Source of the DNA: a virus
IMG/VR virus record: IMGVR_UViG_3300029543_000197
Location: 950-64,949 of that record
DNA: 64,000 bases
Direction: 5' to 3' (one strand)
The position numbers and the translations under genes were made by a program. The notes below the pieces were generated by a model that worked only from the letters and a program-made list of their open reading frames with translations, was not told where the DNA came from and did no database searches. This document shows, one piece after another, positions 9,592-19,569 of the stretch (positions are counted from its first letter, which is position 1; every line of letters begins with the position of its first letter).

Positions 9592-10335
9592 GTGTTTTTA
9601 GTGGTAGTAAAAACAATTAACTCCGGTTCAAAAGGAAATGGTTATGCTCTGATTTCAGGGGAAGATGTTCTTCTCCTGGAATGCGGTGTGCCAGCAAAAG
9701 ATATGCTGAAAACGATTGACTATCAGACTTCCAAGGTGAGCGGATGCATGGTAAGTCACGTTCATAAAGACCATGTTGGGTACATCAAGCAGTATATGCA
9801 GTATGGTATCAAGATTTACACATCCGATGAAGTGGAGACGGACATTGAAACAGTCATGGGCGAAAAGACTGTAGGGTTACAGCGTATGAGGCGTTATCAG
9901 ATAGGCTCATTTTCGGTGATACCGTTCCGTGTACCGCATGGAGAGACGGAGTGTGACGGATGGTTGATTGATTCACCTGACGGAAGAATCCTTTTCATTA
10001 CGGATGCTGAGTATTGTCCGTACGATTTCTCAAAAATGGAAATCAACTATGGACTGATTGAGTGCAACTACTCAGAGGACTATATCAGCCGAGAAGAAGA
10101 TGGGGCTAAATTCTCCCATGTGCTTACTGGGCATATGGAATTACAAACGTGTAAAAGGCTCATACAGAGCATAAACAGTAAAAGCCTAAGAAGTATAGGC
10201 TTGATACACTTAAGTGCAGGAAACGGCAATCCGCAGCGGTTCAAAGACGAGATACGAAGTGTGGTTGACTCAGATGTGAATGTTTGGATTGCCGAAAAGC
10301 GTGCAGAGAAAGAGTTTAGGCTTACGCCATTCTAG
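9592..10335 (+). CDS. Metallo-beta-lactamase-fold hydrolase
   Basis: HxHxDH motif (SHVHKDH), in the recombination module. Confidence 0.65.
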   Translation: MFLVVVKTINSGSKGNGYALISGEDVLLLECGVPAKDMLKTIDYQTSKVSGCMVSHVHKDHVGYIKQYMQYGIKIYTSDEVETDIETVMGEKTVGLQRMRRYQIGSFSVIPFRVPHGETECDGWLIDSPDGRILFITDAEYCPYDFSKMEINYGLIECNYSEDYISREEDGAKFSHVLTGHMELQTCKRLIQSINSKSLRSIGLIHLSAGNGNPQRFKDEIRSVVDSDVNVWIAEKRAEKEFRLTPF

Positions 10336-10343
10336 GAGGAGCA

Positions 10344-10508
10344 ATGATTTACAAAATATTATTAATAATTTTTTACGCTATGGGAGCGACTTTTGATTTT
10401 TACATGTATAAAGACACTGAGAATAAAGGATTTTTAATTCCGTTTTTAGGATTCTTGCTCGCAATAATCTTAAGTATCGTAAACATGATTATTTATTTAC
10501 TTAAATAA
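10344..10508 (+). CDS. Small membrane protein (54 aa)
   Basis: Strong AGGAGG RBS and two hydrophobic helices; below the ORF-track cutoff. Confidence 0.35.
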   Translation: MIYKILLIIFYAMGATFDFYMYKDTENKGFLIPFLGFLLAIILSIVNMIIYLLK

Positions 10509-10522
10509 GGAGGACTACATAG

Positions 10523-10948
10523 ATGAATAAAACAGTTTTAATGGGGAGATTGACAGCAGATCCGCAGGTGAGATATTCACAGGGAGACAATGCTACAGCG
10601 GTTGCAAGATATACACTTGCTGTAAACAGAAAATTTAAGAAAGATGGAGAGCCGACAGCGGATTTTATTCCTTGTGTTGTCTTTGGACGGTCGGCTGAAT
10701 TTACAGAGAAGTATTTCCGCAAAGGAATGCAAGTTGCTGTCTCAGGGCGTATTCAGACCGGAAGCTACACAAACAAGGACGGAAACAAGGCGTATACAAC
10801 AGATGTAGTTGTGGAAGAACAGGAGTTTGCAGAAAGCAAAGCAGCCAATCAGCAGAATCAGCAGTCAGCAGGAAGTGGATCAATTCCGGCATCGGACGGG
10901 TTTATGAATATCCCGGATGGAATGGATGAAGAATTACCATTTAGTTAA
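10523..10948 (+). CDS. ssb: Single-stranded DNA-binding protein
   Basis: OB-fold N-terminus, a Gln/Gly-rich linker and the C-terminal acidic tail DEELPFS. Confidence 0.85.
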   Translation: MNKTVLMGRLTADPQVRYSQGDNATAVARYTLAVNRKFKKDGEPTADFIPCVVFGRSAEFTEKYFRKGMQVAVSGRIQTGSYTNKDGNKAYTTDVVVEEQEFAESKAANQQNQQSAGSGSIPASDGFMNIPDGMDEELPFS

Positions 10949-10957
10949 GGAGATGCA

Positions 10958-11164
10958 ATGTCAAGCGGAGTAAGACCGGAGTATTGTTGCCATCCCGATT
11001 GCTTTCAGTGCCCATATCCTGATTGCAAATACAATGGCACTTTAGCCGGTGAGAGAGTGGACGTTAATATGACGGATGGGATAAGCCGTGAAGAATATAT
11101 AAGGAGAAAGAATGAGAAGCGGAATGGCTGGAAAAAAGGACTGTTCGTATCCAAATTGCTATGA
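10958..11164 (+). CDS. Cysteine-rich small protein
   Basis: CCHPDCFQCPYPDCKYNG motif. Confidence 0.4.
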   Translation: MSSGVRPEYCCHPDCFQCPYPDCKYNGTLAGERVDVNMTDGISREEYIRRKNEKRNGWKKGLFVSKLL

Positions 11165-11507
11165 ATGCCAATATGAGGATTGCATTGTTGATAACGTAAA
11201 TGCTCTTCTTAAGAGAAGACGCTGGAATGCGAATCCTGAAGTTTATAGGCAGAAGCAGAGGGATTATAGAAGCAAGGTGGCAGAATCACTTCCTCATTGT
11301 GACGAATGCAATGAATGTACCCTTGTCAAATTAGATAAGGGTACAGGTTTTAAGAGACTGTGCGTCCCAGAAATGCGGTTGATTTTGCAGAAAGTGACGT
11401 GCTGTCCGCAGTGGTGTCCGAAGAAAATACCGGTAAAGGAGCGGGAACATCAGAGATATTTACGAAAAAAAGAACTTAAGGCAGGTGAGAAAACTGATAC
11501 TAATTAG
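11112..11507 (+). CDS. Cysteine-rich protein (paralogous N-terminal motif)
   Basis: CSYPNCYECQYEDC motif paralogous to the upstream ORF, preceded by an AAGGAG RBS. It overlaps the upstream ORF by 53 nt in the +1 frame. Confidence 0.4.
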   Translation: MRSGMAGKKDCSYPNCYECQYEDCIVDNVNALLKRRRWNANPEVYRQKQRDYRSKVAESLPHCDECNECTLVKLDKGTGFKRLCVPEMRLILQKVTCCPQWCPKKIPVKEREHQRYLRKKELKAGEKTDTN

Positions 11508-12141
11508 CGATAAAGGGCAGCAGAAAGGTAAACATACTGCCAAAGAGAATTATTGGCAAAAGCAAGGAATTGAGGTTCTGACTATGCCTCTTCCGTGTGG
11601 TGATTACATTATTGCCAATGAAAAGGTTACGGATGTAATTAACCGGAAGAAAGAACGTGGGATTCCAGTAAAAAAAATGGATTTCCTTGGAACGTACAAT
11701 GTGACTGTTGACACGAAGAAAGATATTCAAGAGCTTGTGGGGGATATCTGCGGTAAACAGCACGCTCGGTTCAGAGATGAGTGTATTTTAGCTCAGAACA
11801 ACGGAATTAAATTGTATGTGCTTACTCAAAATGCTGGGGGTTTAATTGGTGGAACGAAAGATATCTATAACCCAACTATTAAGTCATTGGAAGACTTGCA
11901 TAGCTGGAAGAATCCTAGATTATTCGTGATGAAGCCAACAAAAGAAATTATTGGCTATTACAAAACAAGCGGCAACCCGAAATATAAACGTGTTCAGCGA
12001 TATCCAACAGCAACTAAGGGAGCAACACTTATGAAAGCTTGCATGACGATGCAGAAAAAATATGGAGTAGAATTTGTGTTTTGCCACGATTCAGAACAAG
12101 GATCCATGGTATTAGAATTACTTCAACGGGAGGTGAATTAG
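11485..12141 (+). CDS. Hypothetical protein, possibly a PD-(D/E)xK/ERCC4-like nuclease
   Basis: GDY...EK motif reminiscent of ERCC4/VRR-NUC nucleases; weak. Confidence 0.3.
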   Translation: MRKLILISDKGQQKGKHTAKENYWQKQGIEVLTMPLPCGDYIIANEKVTDVINRKKERGIPVKKMDFLGTYNVTVDTKKDIQELVGDICGKQHARFRDECILAQNNGIKLYVLTQNAGGLIGGTKDIYNPTIKSLEDLHSWKNPRLFVMKPTKEIIGYYKTSGNPKYKRVQRYPTATKGATLMKACMTMQKKYGVEFVFCHDSEQGSMVLELLQREVN

Positions 12142-13041
12142 ATGGCTGAGAAGAGAATGTTTTCCAAGCAGATTATTGATTCGGATGCTTTCTTGGAAAT
12201 GCCATTATCCACACAAGCATTATACTTTCATCTCTCTATGAGAGCGGATGATGATGGATTTCTGAATAATGCAAAAAAGGTAATGAAGATCATCGGTGCA
12301 AATCAGAATGATTACGATCTGCTTGTTGCGAAATCATTTGTCATACAGTTTCCAGACGGGATCTGTGTAATCAAGCATTGGAGAATTAATAATTATTTGA
12401 GGAAAGACAGATACACGGAAACGATTTACCAGGAAGAAAAATCACATCTAACAGTGCAACCGAATGGCAGATATTCCTTTAGAAATGCCGTGGAATCTTC
12501 GGACGTTTTACCGCTTGGTATACCAGTTTGTAACCGGTTGGATACCCAGAATAGAATAGAGAAGAATAGAGAAGAAAAGAATAGTATATATAGTGCAGAA
12601 AAACTGCACGATGAACAATCACTTGATGACTTCTTTGAATCTATTTGGAAGTTATATCCAATCAAAAAAGGGAAAGGGCAGGTATCAACATCAAGGAAGA
12701 AAGCACTTCAAAAAATCGGATACGATCAGATTGGACGTTGTGTTGATCGATTCTTGAAAGATATGAGTGACAGCGGTAGAGATCGTAAATATTGGATGCA
12801 TGGAAGCACGTTCTTCAACAGTGGCTACGTTGATTATTTAGATGAAAACTGGGAGAAAGAAGCGGGAGAAGTGAAGAGTGTAGAAGAATCTGGCGATCGC
12901 TTCTCCTGCCTGGAACCATCTTTCCGTAAGACACTGGAAGGTGCGGGGGCGATTGAAGGGCAGTCACTTAACTACGGACCTATCAGAGATCATCCAGAAT
13001 GGCTACAACAGCTCAAGGAGTGTGGTGTAAGTGATTTATGA
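12142..13041 (+). CDS. Phage replisome organizer / replication initiation protein
   Basis: N-terminus MAEKRMFSKQIIDSDAFLEMPLSTQALYFHL matches the phage replisome-organizer N-terminal domain. The gene contains an internal ori-like repeat block. Confidence 0.7.
   Translation: MAEKRMFSKQIIDSDAFLEMPLSTQALYFHLSMRADDDGFLNNAKKVMKIIGANQNDYDLLVAKSFVIQFPDGICVIKHWRINNYLRKDRYTETIYQEEKSHLTVQPNGRYSFRNAVESSDVLPLGIPVCNRLDTQNRIEKNREEKNSIYSAEKLHDEQSLDDFFESIWKLYPIKKGKGQVSTSRKKALQKIGYDQIGRCVDRFLKDMSDSGRDRKYWMHGSTFFNSGYVDYLDENWEKEAGEVKSVEESGDRFSCLEPSFRKTLEGAGAIEGQSLNYGPIRDHPEWLQQLKECGVSDL
12513..12600. repeat. Putative origin of replication inside the replisome-organizer gene (copy 1 of a duplicated block)
   Basis: Palindromes TGGTATACCA and AACCGGTT followed by AGAATAGAA/GAGAAGAA iterons. 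The 29-nt core GCTTGGTATACCAGTTTGTAACCGGTTGG is identical to 33380-33408. Confidence 0.5.
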
Positions 13042-14851
13042 GTTTAAAGCGGAAGATGCGTATGAGTTCGCAAGACATATCCGTGAGCCGGTAAAGCAAA
13101 AAGGAGATGAGCTGCGGTTTATTCGTTACTGCCCGTATTGTCGTGGTGGAAATGGCGGAAAGAGAGATAAGGATACCTTTTCCATCAACCTGAAGACCGG
13201 TCAGTTCAAGTGCCTGAGATCGAGCTGCGGTGTTACTGGAAACATGATTAGCCTTGCGAGGGACTTTGATTTCAGTCTTGGCGAACAGGTGATGGAGTAT
13301 TACCAGCCAAGAAAACAATACCGGAGATTGAAGACACCGGATAAGCCAATTATCCCAAAGGAACCGGCTATTACTTATCTGGAGAGCAGAAAAATATCTG
13401 ACGAAGTTGCTCGTGAGTATGAGATTACTACTCAGAAAGACCATGACAATATACTCGTATTCCCATTTTATGACGGAGATGGGAAAATGCAGTTCGTGAA
13501 ATACCGGAAGACAGATTTCAACAAAGAAGTGGATAAGAACAAGGAATGGTGTGAATCGAACTGTAAGCCGATTCTATTCGGGATGAAGCAATGCAAGGAC
13601 TTCACAAGGCTTGTGATTACGGAGGGGCAGTTAGATAGCCTTTCCGTAGCGACAGCCGGTATAAAGAATGCCGTGAGCGTTCCGAACGGAGCAAAGGGAT
13701 TTACCTGGATTCCATATTGTTTTGACTGGGTGAACAAATTCCAAGAGATTGTAGTGTTTGGAGATTTTGAAAAAGGGCATATGACATTACTGCCAGAATT
13801 GAAGAGCAGATTTCCCAACAAGATTAAACACGTCCGAGAAGAGGACTACAAAGGCTGTAAAGACGCAAATGAGCTGTTGACGAAGCATGGGTGTGAAGAT
13901 GTTCGACTAGCAGTAGAAAATGCTGAATATGAGCCTGTCAGACGCGTCAAAGAGCTGTCTGACGTGCAGGACGTTGATATATACAGTTTAAAAAAGCTGG
14001 ACTCCACGATCAACGAGTGCAATCGCCTGTTATACGGCGGTATTCCTTTCGGTGGGGTTATCCTTATCACTGGAAAGCCGGGAGAGGGAAAGTCAACACT
14101 TGCAAGTCAGATTGTAGGCAGGGCGATTGAGACCGGACATAAGGTGTTTGCTTATTCCGGTGAGCTTCCAAACTATTTGTTTAAAGCGTGGCTTGATTTT
14201 CAGATAGCCGGTCCGCAGCACATCATCGAAACAACAAACAGATTTGGAGATGTTTCAAGAAAGATTTCCAATCAGAATCAAGAGTTGATTAATGCCTGGT
14301 ATCGAGGAAAAGCGTTTATTTATGACAGTTCGATTGTCGATGGAGATGAGAAAGAGGATCTGTGCAAAACCGTACAGCAAACGGTTCTCCAATACGGAAC
14401 AGATGTTGTTCTGATTGATAATTTAATGACTGCGATTGATTTAGATGCAGAAAAAGGATCTGACAAGTATGAGAAACAGAGTCTTTTTGTGAAAAAACTT
14501 GCGAGGATGGCATTGCAATTCGATGTATTGATTTTGCTTGTAGCTCATAAGAGGAAGAACAATTTTTCCACGAATGAGACAGACGAAATCAGCGGTGCAG
14601 GAGACATATCAAATCTTGCTTCACTGGTGATTGGATACAGCAAGGATAACGAGTTGAGCAATGCGTATCGAAGGCTCACAGTTCCGAAAAACAGATTGTT
14701 TGGGAGAATCAATACAAAGGGATTTCTCGTCATGTATGATGAGCGATCCAAGAGAATTTACGGTGAAAATGATGATTTAACCGTAGAGTATGGATGGGCG
14801 AAGCAAGACGGATTCAGCGAGGCAGATCAACTAAAGATTCCGTTTGAGTAG
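13031..14851 (+). CDS. Bifunctional DNA primase / DnaB-like helicase
   Basis: N-terminal zinc-binding CxxC pairs, a Toprim-like VITEGQLDS region and a C-terminal helicase domain with Walker A GKPGEGKST. Confidence 0.8.
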   Translation: MIYEFKAEDAYEFARHIREPVKQKGDELRFIRYCPYCRGGNGGKRDKDTFSINLKTGQFKCLRSSCGVTGNMISLARDFDFSLGEQVMEYYQPRKQYRRLKTPDKPIIPKEPAITYLESRKISDEVAREYEITTQKDHDNILVFPFYDGDGKMQFVKYRKTDFNKEVDKNKEWCESNCKPILFGMKQCKDFTRLVITEGQLDSLSVATAGIKNAVSVPNGAKGFTWIPYCFDWVNKFQEIVVFGDFEKGHMTLLPELKSRFPNKIKHVREEDYKGCKDANELLTKHGCEDVRLAVENAEYEPVRRVKELSDVQDVDIYSLKKLDSTINECNRLLYGGIPFGGVILITGKPGEGKSTLASQIVGRAIETGHKVFAYSGELPNYLFKAWLDFQIAGPQHIIETTNRFGDVSRKISNQNQELINAWYRGKAFIYDSSIVDGDEKEDLCKTVQQTVLQYGTDVVLIDNLMTAIDLDAEKGSDKYEKQSLFVKKLARMALQFDVLILLVAHKRKNNFSTNETDEISGAGDISNLASLVIGYSKDNELSNAYRRLTVPKNRLFGRINTKGFLVMYDERSKRIYGENDDLTVEYGWAKQDGFSEADQLKIPFE

Positions 14852-14859
14852 GTGAGAAT

Positions 14860-15087
14860 ATGACGGAAGAAGAAAGAAAAGTTTATTACCAAGTGATTAC
14901 GCAAAATTGGCTTGCATTCAATGAATTTCTGAAACATGGAGATTTTTCTGATGATATTGAATGCGAAATGTCAGAGGTAATTCATAAAATCTACGAAACT
15001 AATGGAAAAACAAGTTTTGCGAAGAGCATATGTCTAGCAATCCTTGATGAAATAGAGAGACTTTGCAAAGAGAAACGAGGTAAGTAA
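14860..15087 (+). CDS. Hypothetical protein
   Basis: 75-aa ORF. Confidence 0.4.
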   Translation: MTEEERKVYYQVITQNWLAFNEFLKHGDFSDDIECEMSEVIHKIYETNGKTSFAKSICLAILDEIERLCKEKRGK

Positions 15088-15671
15088 TGAAATACAAAGT
15101 GGGAGATAAGGTAAGAGTCAGAAAAGATTTAGTGGTTGGGAAAAGATATGGTTATTTGGCGGCTGCGGGTAAAATGGTTGAAAAAAGTGGGAAAATCGTA
15201 ACGATTCGCACTGTTTGTGGTAATTTTTATAGAATTTACGGGGACTTGTGTGCGTGGACAGACGAAATGTTTGAGCCAGTAGAAGAGCTGACAGCAGAAG
15301 AAGCAATTAGAATTCAAGCTGAGATGTGCAGTGTTGCAACATGCAATGACTGTGAAATCAACAAGCTTAGAGGTGACTCTCATTGCGGATGTGCTGTATT
15401 TCGCTCGGAGTACCCAGACAAAGTGGTTGAAGTCCTCAAGCAGTGGAAGAAAGACCATGAGAAGAAAGAAGTTGAGGTTGAATTTGCTTGCGTTGTTCGA
15501 GTGATTGAAGATACAGGTGAAGAGAAAAAATGCGTGCATGAAGAAAATGTCACGGAAACGCAGGACGAAACATTCAAAATGAAAATGAAAAGGATTTTGG
15601 AAGAATACTGCAAGGAACATGAAGGAAAATTCTTTGCAGTATACGAAGAAAGATGTCGAGTAAAGGAGTAG
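15087..15671 (+). CDS. Hypothetical protein
   Basis: 194-aa ORF with cysteine pairs. Confidence 0.4.
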   Translation: MKYKVGDKVRVRKDLVVGKRYGYLAAAGKMVEKSGKIVTIRTVCGNFYRIYGDLCAWTDEMFEPVEELTAEEAIRIQAEMCSVATCNDCEINKLRGDSHCGCAVFRSEYPDKVVEVLKQWKKDHEKKEVEVEFACVVRVIEDTGEEKKCVHEENVTETQDETFKMKMKRILEEYCKEHEGKFFAVYEERCRVKE

Positions 15672-15674
15672 GTT

Positions 15675-15914
15675 ATGGATATTGAAGTACACAAGGACTA
15701 TGAGCAGATAGACAAAGAGAATATCGAAGTGTTCAAGAAGACTGGTTTAAAACATTCCAGTGAGAACCGCTTCCGCTGTGTAATCTGCGGAGAACCAGCT
15801 TGTATTAACAACAGTATGAGTAACTGTGGACACAAACTGATATGCAATTGGTGTGCAGCAAGAACATTTCGCAATGCTGCAGAAGCGTTTGAGTGGATGA
15901 ATAAAGGAGATTGA
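15675..15914 (+). CDS. Small zinc-finger-like hypothetical protein
   Basis: CVICGEP...CGHKLICNWC cysteine pattern. Confidence 0.35.
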   Translation: MDIEVHKDYEQIDKENIEVFKKTGLKHSSENRFRCVICGEPACINNSMSNCGHKLICNWCAARTFRNAAEAFEWMNKGD

Positions 15915-15918
15915 AGAT

Positions 15919-16524
15919 ATGACAAATAAAATTTTAGAAGAAAAAGTACGAAAATTAGAAGATGAATTACGTGAAATAAAATCAGAGTTAAAGGGTGAAA
16001 AATTTCGTAGTCTTGAAATTGGAGACACGTTCGAATTAGCTGGACTTACATGGAAAATGCTGGATAGGACAGATAAAGGTATTGTTTGTTTAGCCGAAAG
16101 AATAAAAGATTCTTTTAATTTTGGGACAAACAATGATTGGAAGGAAAGCAGTATTAGAAAATATCTCAATAAAGAATTCTATGAAAAGCTGGTTGATGAA
16201 ATTGGAGAAGATCATGTAGTTGCATTCGAGAGGGTGTTAACCTCATTAGACGGACAGAAGGAATATGGATCATGTGAAGATAAGGTATCGATTATTAGTC
16301 TTGATGAGTACAGAAAATATCGTGAATTAATTCCAAATGAAAAATATTGGTGGTGGACTTTAACTCCTGACAGTACAAAATGCAATAACGATACTTCATG
16401 GGTTCGTATTGTTTCTCCGTCCGGCTATTTCAGCAGTAATTACAGCAACGGCAGCGGCGGTGTTCGCCCATTTTGTATCTTTTCTTCTCCACTCTTTGAA
16501 TCTTGTGAGGAAGATGATGACTAA
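15919..16524 (+). CDS. Hypothetical protein
   Basis: 201 aa with an N-terminal coiled coil. Confidence 0.4.
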   Translation: MTNKILEEKVRKLEDELREIKSELKGEKFRSLEIGDTFELAGLTWKMLDRTDKGIVCLAERIKDSFNFGTNNDWKESSIRKYLNKEFYEKLVDEIGEDHVVAFERVLTSLDGQKEYGSCEDKVSIISLDEYRKYRELIPNEKYWWWTLTPDSTKCNNDTSWVRIVSPSGYFSSNYSNGSGGVRPFCIFSSPLFESCEEDDD

Positions 16525-16610
16525 TGGCGGAACTTGATTAAGAGATAAATTACAGAAAGGAGCAGGAGATTTGCTGGCCAGCATGAAAGGATCCTTTGCT
16601 CCGAGTAAAT

Positions 16611-17168
16611 ATGGAACAAAGAAGGAAGAAAATAAAGTGTGAGATATGGAAAGATATACCTGAGTACAAAGGATTTTATCAGGCATCGAATCTTGGAAAT
16701 ATCCGGTCTTTGGACAGAAAGATATCAAAGATTGGGAATGGAGGTGTAAACGTAACCAGTTTTATGAAAGGACGTGTGCTTGCACAAAGAATACAAAACG
16801 GAGGCTATCCAATTGTTAGTATAAGCGTAAACGCAAAAAGAAAGATATGTACAGTTCACAGATTGGTTGCATCAGCGTTTTTAGACAATCCTGAAAAGTT
16901 TAGGGACGTAAATCATAAGGATGGAAATAAAAGAAATAATTATGTAGAAAATTTGGAATGGACTTCGCATGGGGAAAATATAAAGCATTCCTACAACGTT
17001 CTTAAGCAGGCACGGAATTGCAAGCCAATAAAATGCGTCGATACCGGAGTTGTTTATAGTTCATGCAAAGAAGCAAGTGATTTAACCGGAATTAACGTTG
17101 GTAGTATTAACCATGTAATTACTGGGATTGCGAAAACGGCAGGAGGCATGAGATGGGAAAGAGTATGA
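16611..17168 (+). CDS. HNH homing endonuclease (NUMOD4 plus HNH_3)
   Basis: WKDIPEYKGFYQASNLGNIRS is a NUMOD4 motif; HKDGNKRNNYVENLEWTSHGEN is an HNH motif. Confidence 0.7.
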   Translation: MEQRRKKIKCEIWKDIPEYKGFYQASNLGNIRSLDRKISKIGNGGVNVTSFMKGRVLAQRIQNGGYPIVSISVNAKRKICTVHRLVASAFLDNPEKFRDVNHKDGNKRNNYVENLEWTSHGENIKHSYNVLKQARNCKPIKCVDTGVVYSSCKEASDLTGINVGSINHVITGIAKTAGGMRWERV

Positions 17169-18004
17169 AATGTGAAATCTATAGAGACTCGATGCAAAAT
17201 TTTCGCCGTTATGGAATACCGAAAGCGCAACTGATTATAGCAGATGTGCCATACAATGTTGGAAGCAACTTCTATGGAAGCAATCCAATGTGGTATGTAG
17301 GTGGGGATAACAAAAACGGTGAAAGCAAACTTGCAAAGAAAGCAGCATTCAATTCTGACTTTAATTTCAATTTATATGAATACTTCCACTTCTGCTCGAA
17401 GATGTTGAAGAAAGAGCCAAAGAAAGCCGGTAGACGTGGAAGAAGTTCTGATGCACCGTGCATGATTGTATTTTGCAGTTTTGAGCAGATGAGTACATTG
17501 ATCAATGCAGCTAAGAAACATGGTTTTAATAATTACATACCGCTTGTATTCGTGAAAAATTATAGCCCACAGGTATTGAAAGCAAACATGCGTGTTGTGG
17601 GTGCTACGGAATATGCACTGGTATTATACCGGGATAAGTTGCCGAAATTTAGAAACGGTGCAAAATTTGACGAAAACGGTAAGACGATTCGAGGTACCGG
17701 ACATATGGTGTTTAACTGGTTTAAGTGGGAAAAGGACGGGAAAGAGATACCTAAAATCCATCCAGCACAGAAGCCGGTTAAGGTGTTGGAGCAACTGATC
17801 CAGATATTTACGGATCCGGGGGATGTGGTTATTGATCCTTGCTGCGGTTCCGGTAGCACATTGCGAGCTGCAAGGAATTTAGGTAGAAGTGCTTACGGAT
17901 TTGAAATTGATCGAAATTTTTACAGTAAAGCGAAAAATGAGATGTTGAATGTTGAAGTAGATCCGCAGATGAGCATTACTGATTTTATCGGAGGTACACA
18001 GTGA
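17153..18004 (+). CDS. DNA methyltransferase, N6-adenine/N4-cytosine class (orphan)
   Basis: ADVPYN (DPPY-like motif IV) and DPCCGSGST (motif I); no adjacent restriction enzyme. Confidence 0.75.
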   Translation: MGKSMKCEIYRDSMQNFRRYGIPKAQLIIADVPYNVGSNFYGSNPMWYVGGDNKNGESKLAKKAAFNSDFNFNLYEYFHFCSKMLKKEPKKAGRRGRSSDAPCMIVFCSFEQMSTLINAAKKHGFNNYIPLVFVKNYSPQVLKANMRVVGATEYALVLYRDKLPKFRNGAKFDENGKTIRGTGHMVFNWFKWEKDGKEIPKIHPAQKPVKVLEQLIQIFTDPGDVVIDPCCGSGSTLRAARNLGRSAYGFEIDRNFYSKAKNEMLNVEVDPQMSITDFIGGTQ

Positions 18005-19569
18005 AATTTATAGATTTTTTCGCCGGAATAGGTGGTTTCCGAAAGGGAATGGAACTTGCTGGACATGAGTGTGTTGGTTTTTGTGAATTTGATAAATTTG
18101 CGACTGCAAGCTACATATCCATGCATCTTCTGACAGATGAGCAGAGAAAAGTACTGGAAGAATTACCGCTGAAAAAGCGACAAAAGGAGATTTTGAAAGA
18201 TGAATACAGAAACGGAGAATGGTACGCAAATGACATTAGACGAGTTTGTGCCGATGACATCCCAAAAGCAGACTGTTGGTGCTTCGGATTCCCTTGTCAG
18301 GACATTTCAGTCGCAGGAAAGCAACTTGGATTTCAAGGAAACCGTTCGAGCTTGTTTTTCAGAGTTATGTATCTTGTCGGACAGCTCAAAGAAGAAGATA
18401 AACCCACTCACCTTTTCATTGAGAACGTTAAGAATTTGCTTAGTGTTAATGGAGGATGGGATTTCGCCAGATTGCTCGTTGAAATGGAGCAGGAGGGGTA
18501 CGATGCAGAGTGGCAGGTGTTCAACTCCAAAGATTTCGGAGTGCCACAAAACAGAGAAAGGTGTTTCATTATCGGACATCTTAGAGGGAGAAGTACCGCA
18601 AAAGTATTTCCTGTCGAAAGAGCAGACGGAGAAAATAGTATTTCAATAATTGACCATAAAGATGGATATAGAAGAAACACACAAGTATTTGACCAGAACG
18701 GCATTACAGAAACGCTGGATACTGCACAGGGCGGTGGAAGAGGTCACCATGTAGCGTTACCGTGTTTTATAGATTTATGCAATAGAGGAACAGAAACAAC
18801 TAGTATTGCCAGATGCTTGCAAGCGAGATACTACAAAGGAGCCGGAACGTACAAAGCACAAAATAGCGGTATTGCAATTCCTGTACTTACGCCTGATAGA
18901 GCGGAGAAAAGGCAGAATGGACGGAGATTCAAAGAAGATGGTGAGCCGATGTTTACACTTACTGGACAGGATAGACATGGAGTAGGAATAGAGCCGCTCG
19001 GAGTGCTGCGGAATGTTCGTAGTGATTACGGAAAAGAAATCCGCAAAGATTATGAAGCTGGAAACATCAAAATCTCCAGACATGAATTCCCCGAAAGTGA
19101 AGTTAGAGATGATGGAGTAGTGAACACATTATCAACAGTGCAAAAAGATAACCAACTTGCAGTTAAGGTAGCCGAAGCAACAAAACAGGGTTATTCAGAG
19201 TGCAGAGTAGGTGTAGATAGCGTAAATTTATCTGTTCCGGGGAGCAAAACCAGAAGAGGAAGAGTAGGACATGACCTTGCAAATACGCTTGATACCAGTT
19301 GCAATCAAGGAATTTTTGTACAGGTATCAGATGATTTGATTGTGTATGCTGTCTGGTATGAAAAATATCAGTGTTATATAGCAATTCGAAAATTAACTCC
19401 AAAGGAATGTTTCAGACTGCAAGGATGGACAGATGATTATTTTGAAAAAGCACAGTTTGTAAATTCTGACAGCCAGTTGTATAAGCAAGCCGGGAACGGC
19501 GTAACTGTAAATGTAATTCAGGCAATTGCGGAAGGGATGAAAATAAATGATGCTGAAAGAATTTCTTGA
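18001..19569 (+). CDS. DNA (cytosine-5)-methyltransferase (orphan)
   Basis: FAGIGG (motif I), GFPCQDIS (motif IV), ENV and QNRERCF motifs. Confidence 0.85.
   Translation: MKFIDFFAGIGGFRKGMELAGHECVGFCEFDKFATASYISMHLLTDEQRKVLEELPLKKRQKEILKDEYRNGEWYANDIRRVCADDIPKADCWCFGFPCQDISVAGKQLGFQGNRSSLFFRVMYLVGQLKEEDKPTHLFIENVKNLLSVNGGWDFARLLVEMEQEGYDAEWQVFNSKDFGVPQNRERCFIIGHLRGRSTAKVFPVERADGENSISIIDHKDGYRRNTQVFDQNGITETLDTAQGGGRGHHVALPCFIDLCNRGTETTSIARCLQARYYKGAGTYKAQNSGIAIPVLTPDRAEKRQNGRRFKEDGEPMFTLTGQDRHGVGIEPLGVLRNVRSDYGKEIRKDYEAGNIKISRHEFPESEVRDDGVVNTLSTVQKDNQLAVKVAEATKQGYSECRVGVDSVNLSVPGSKTRRGRVGHDLANTLDTSCNQGIFVQVSDDLIVYAVWYEKYQCYIAIRKLTPKECFRLQGWTDDYFEKAQFVNSDSQLYKQAGNGVTVNVIQAIAEGMKINDAERIS

Noticed and set aside
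15919-16524. Shared C-terminal G(V/I)RP(F/V) motif between the 15919 product (GGVRPFCIF) and the receptor-binding protein (GIRPVFAIG) as evidence of a common domain.
   Set aside because: Only about 6 residues match and there is no extended collinear similarity; too weak to call.
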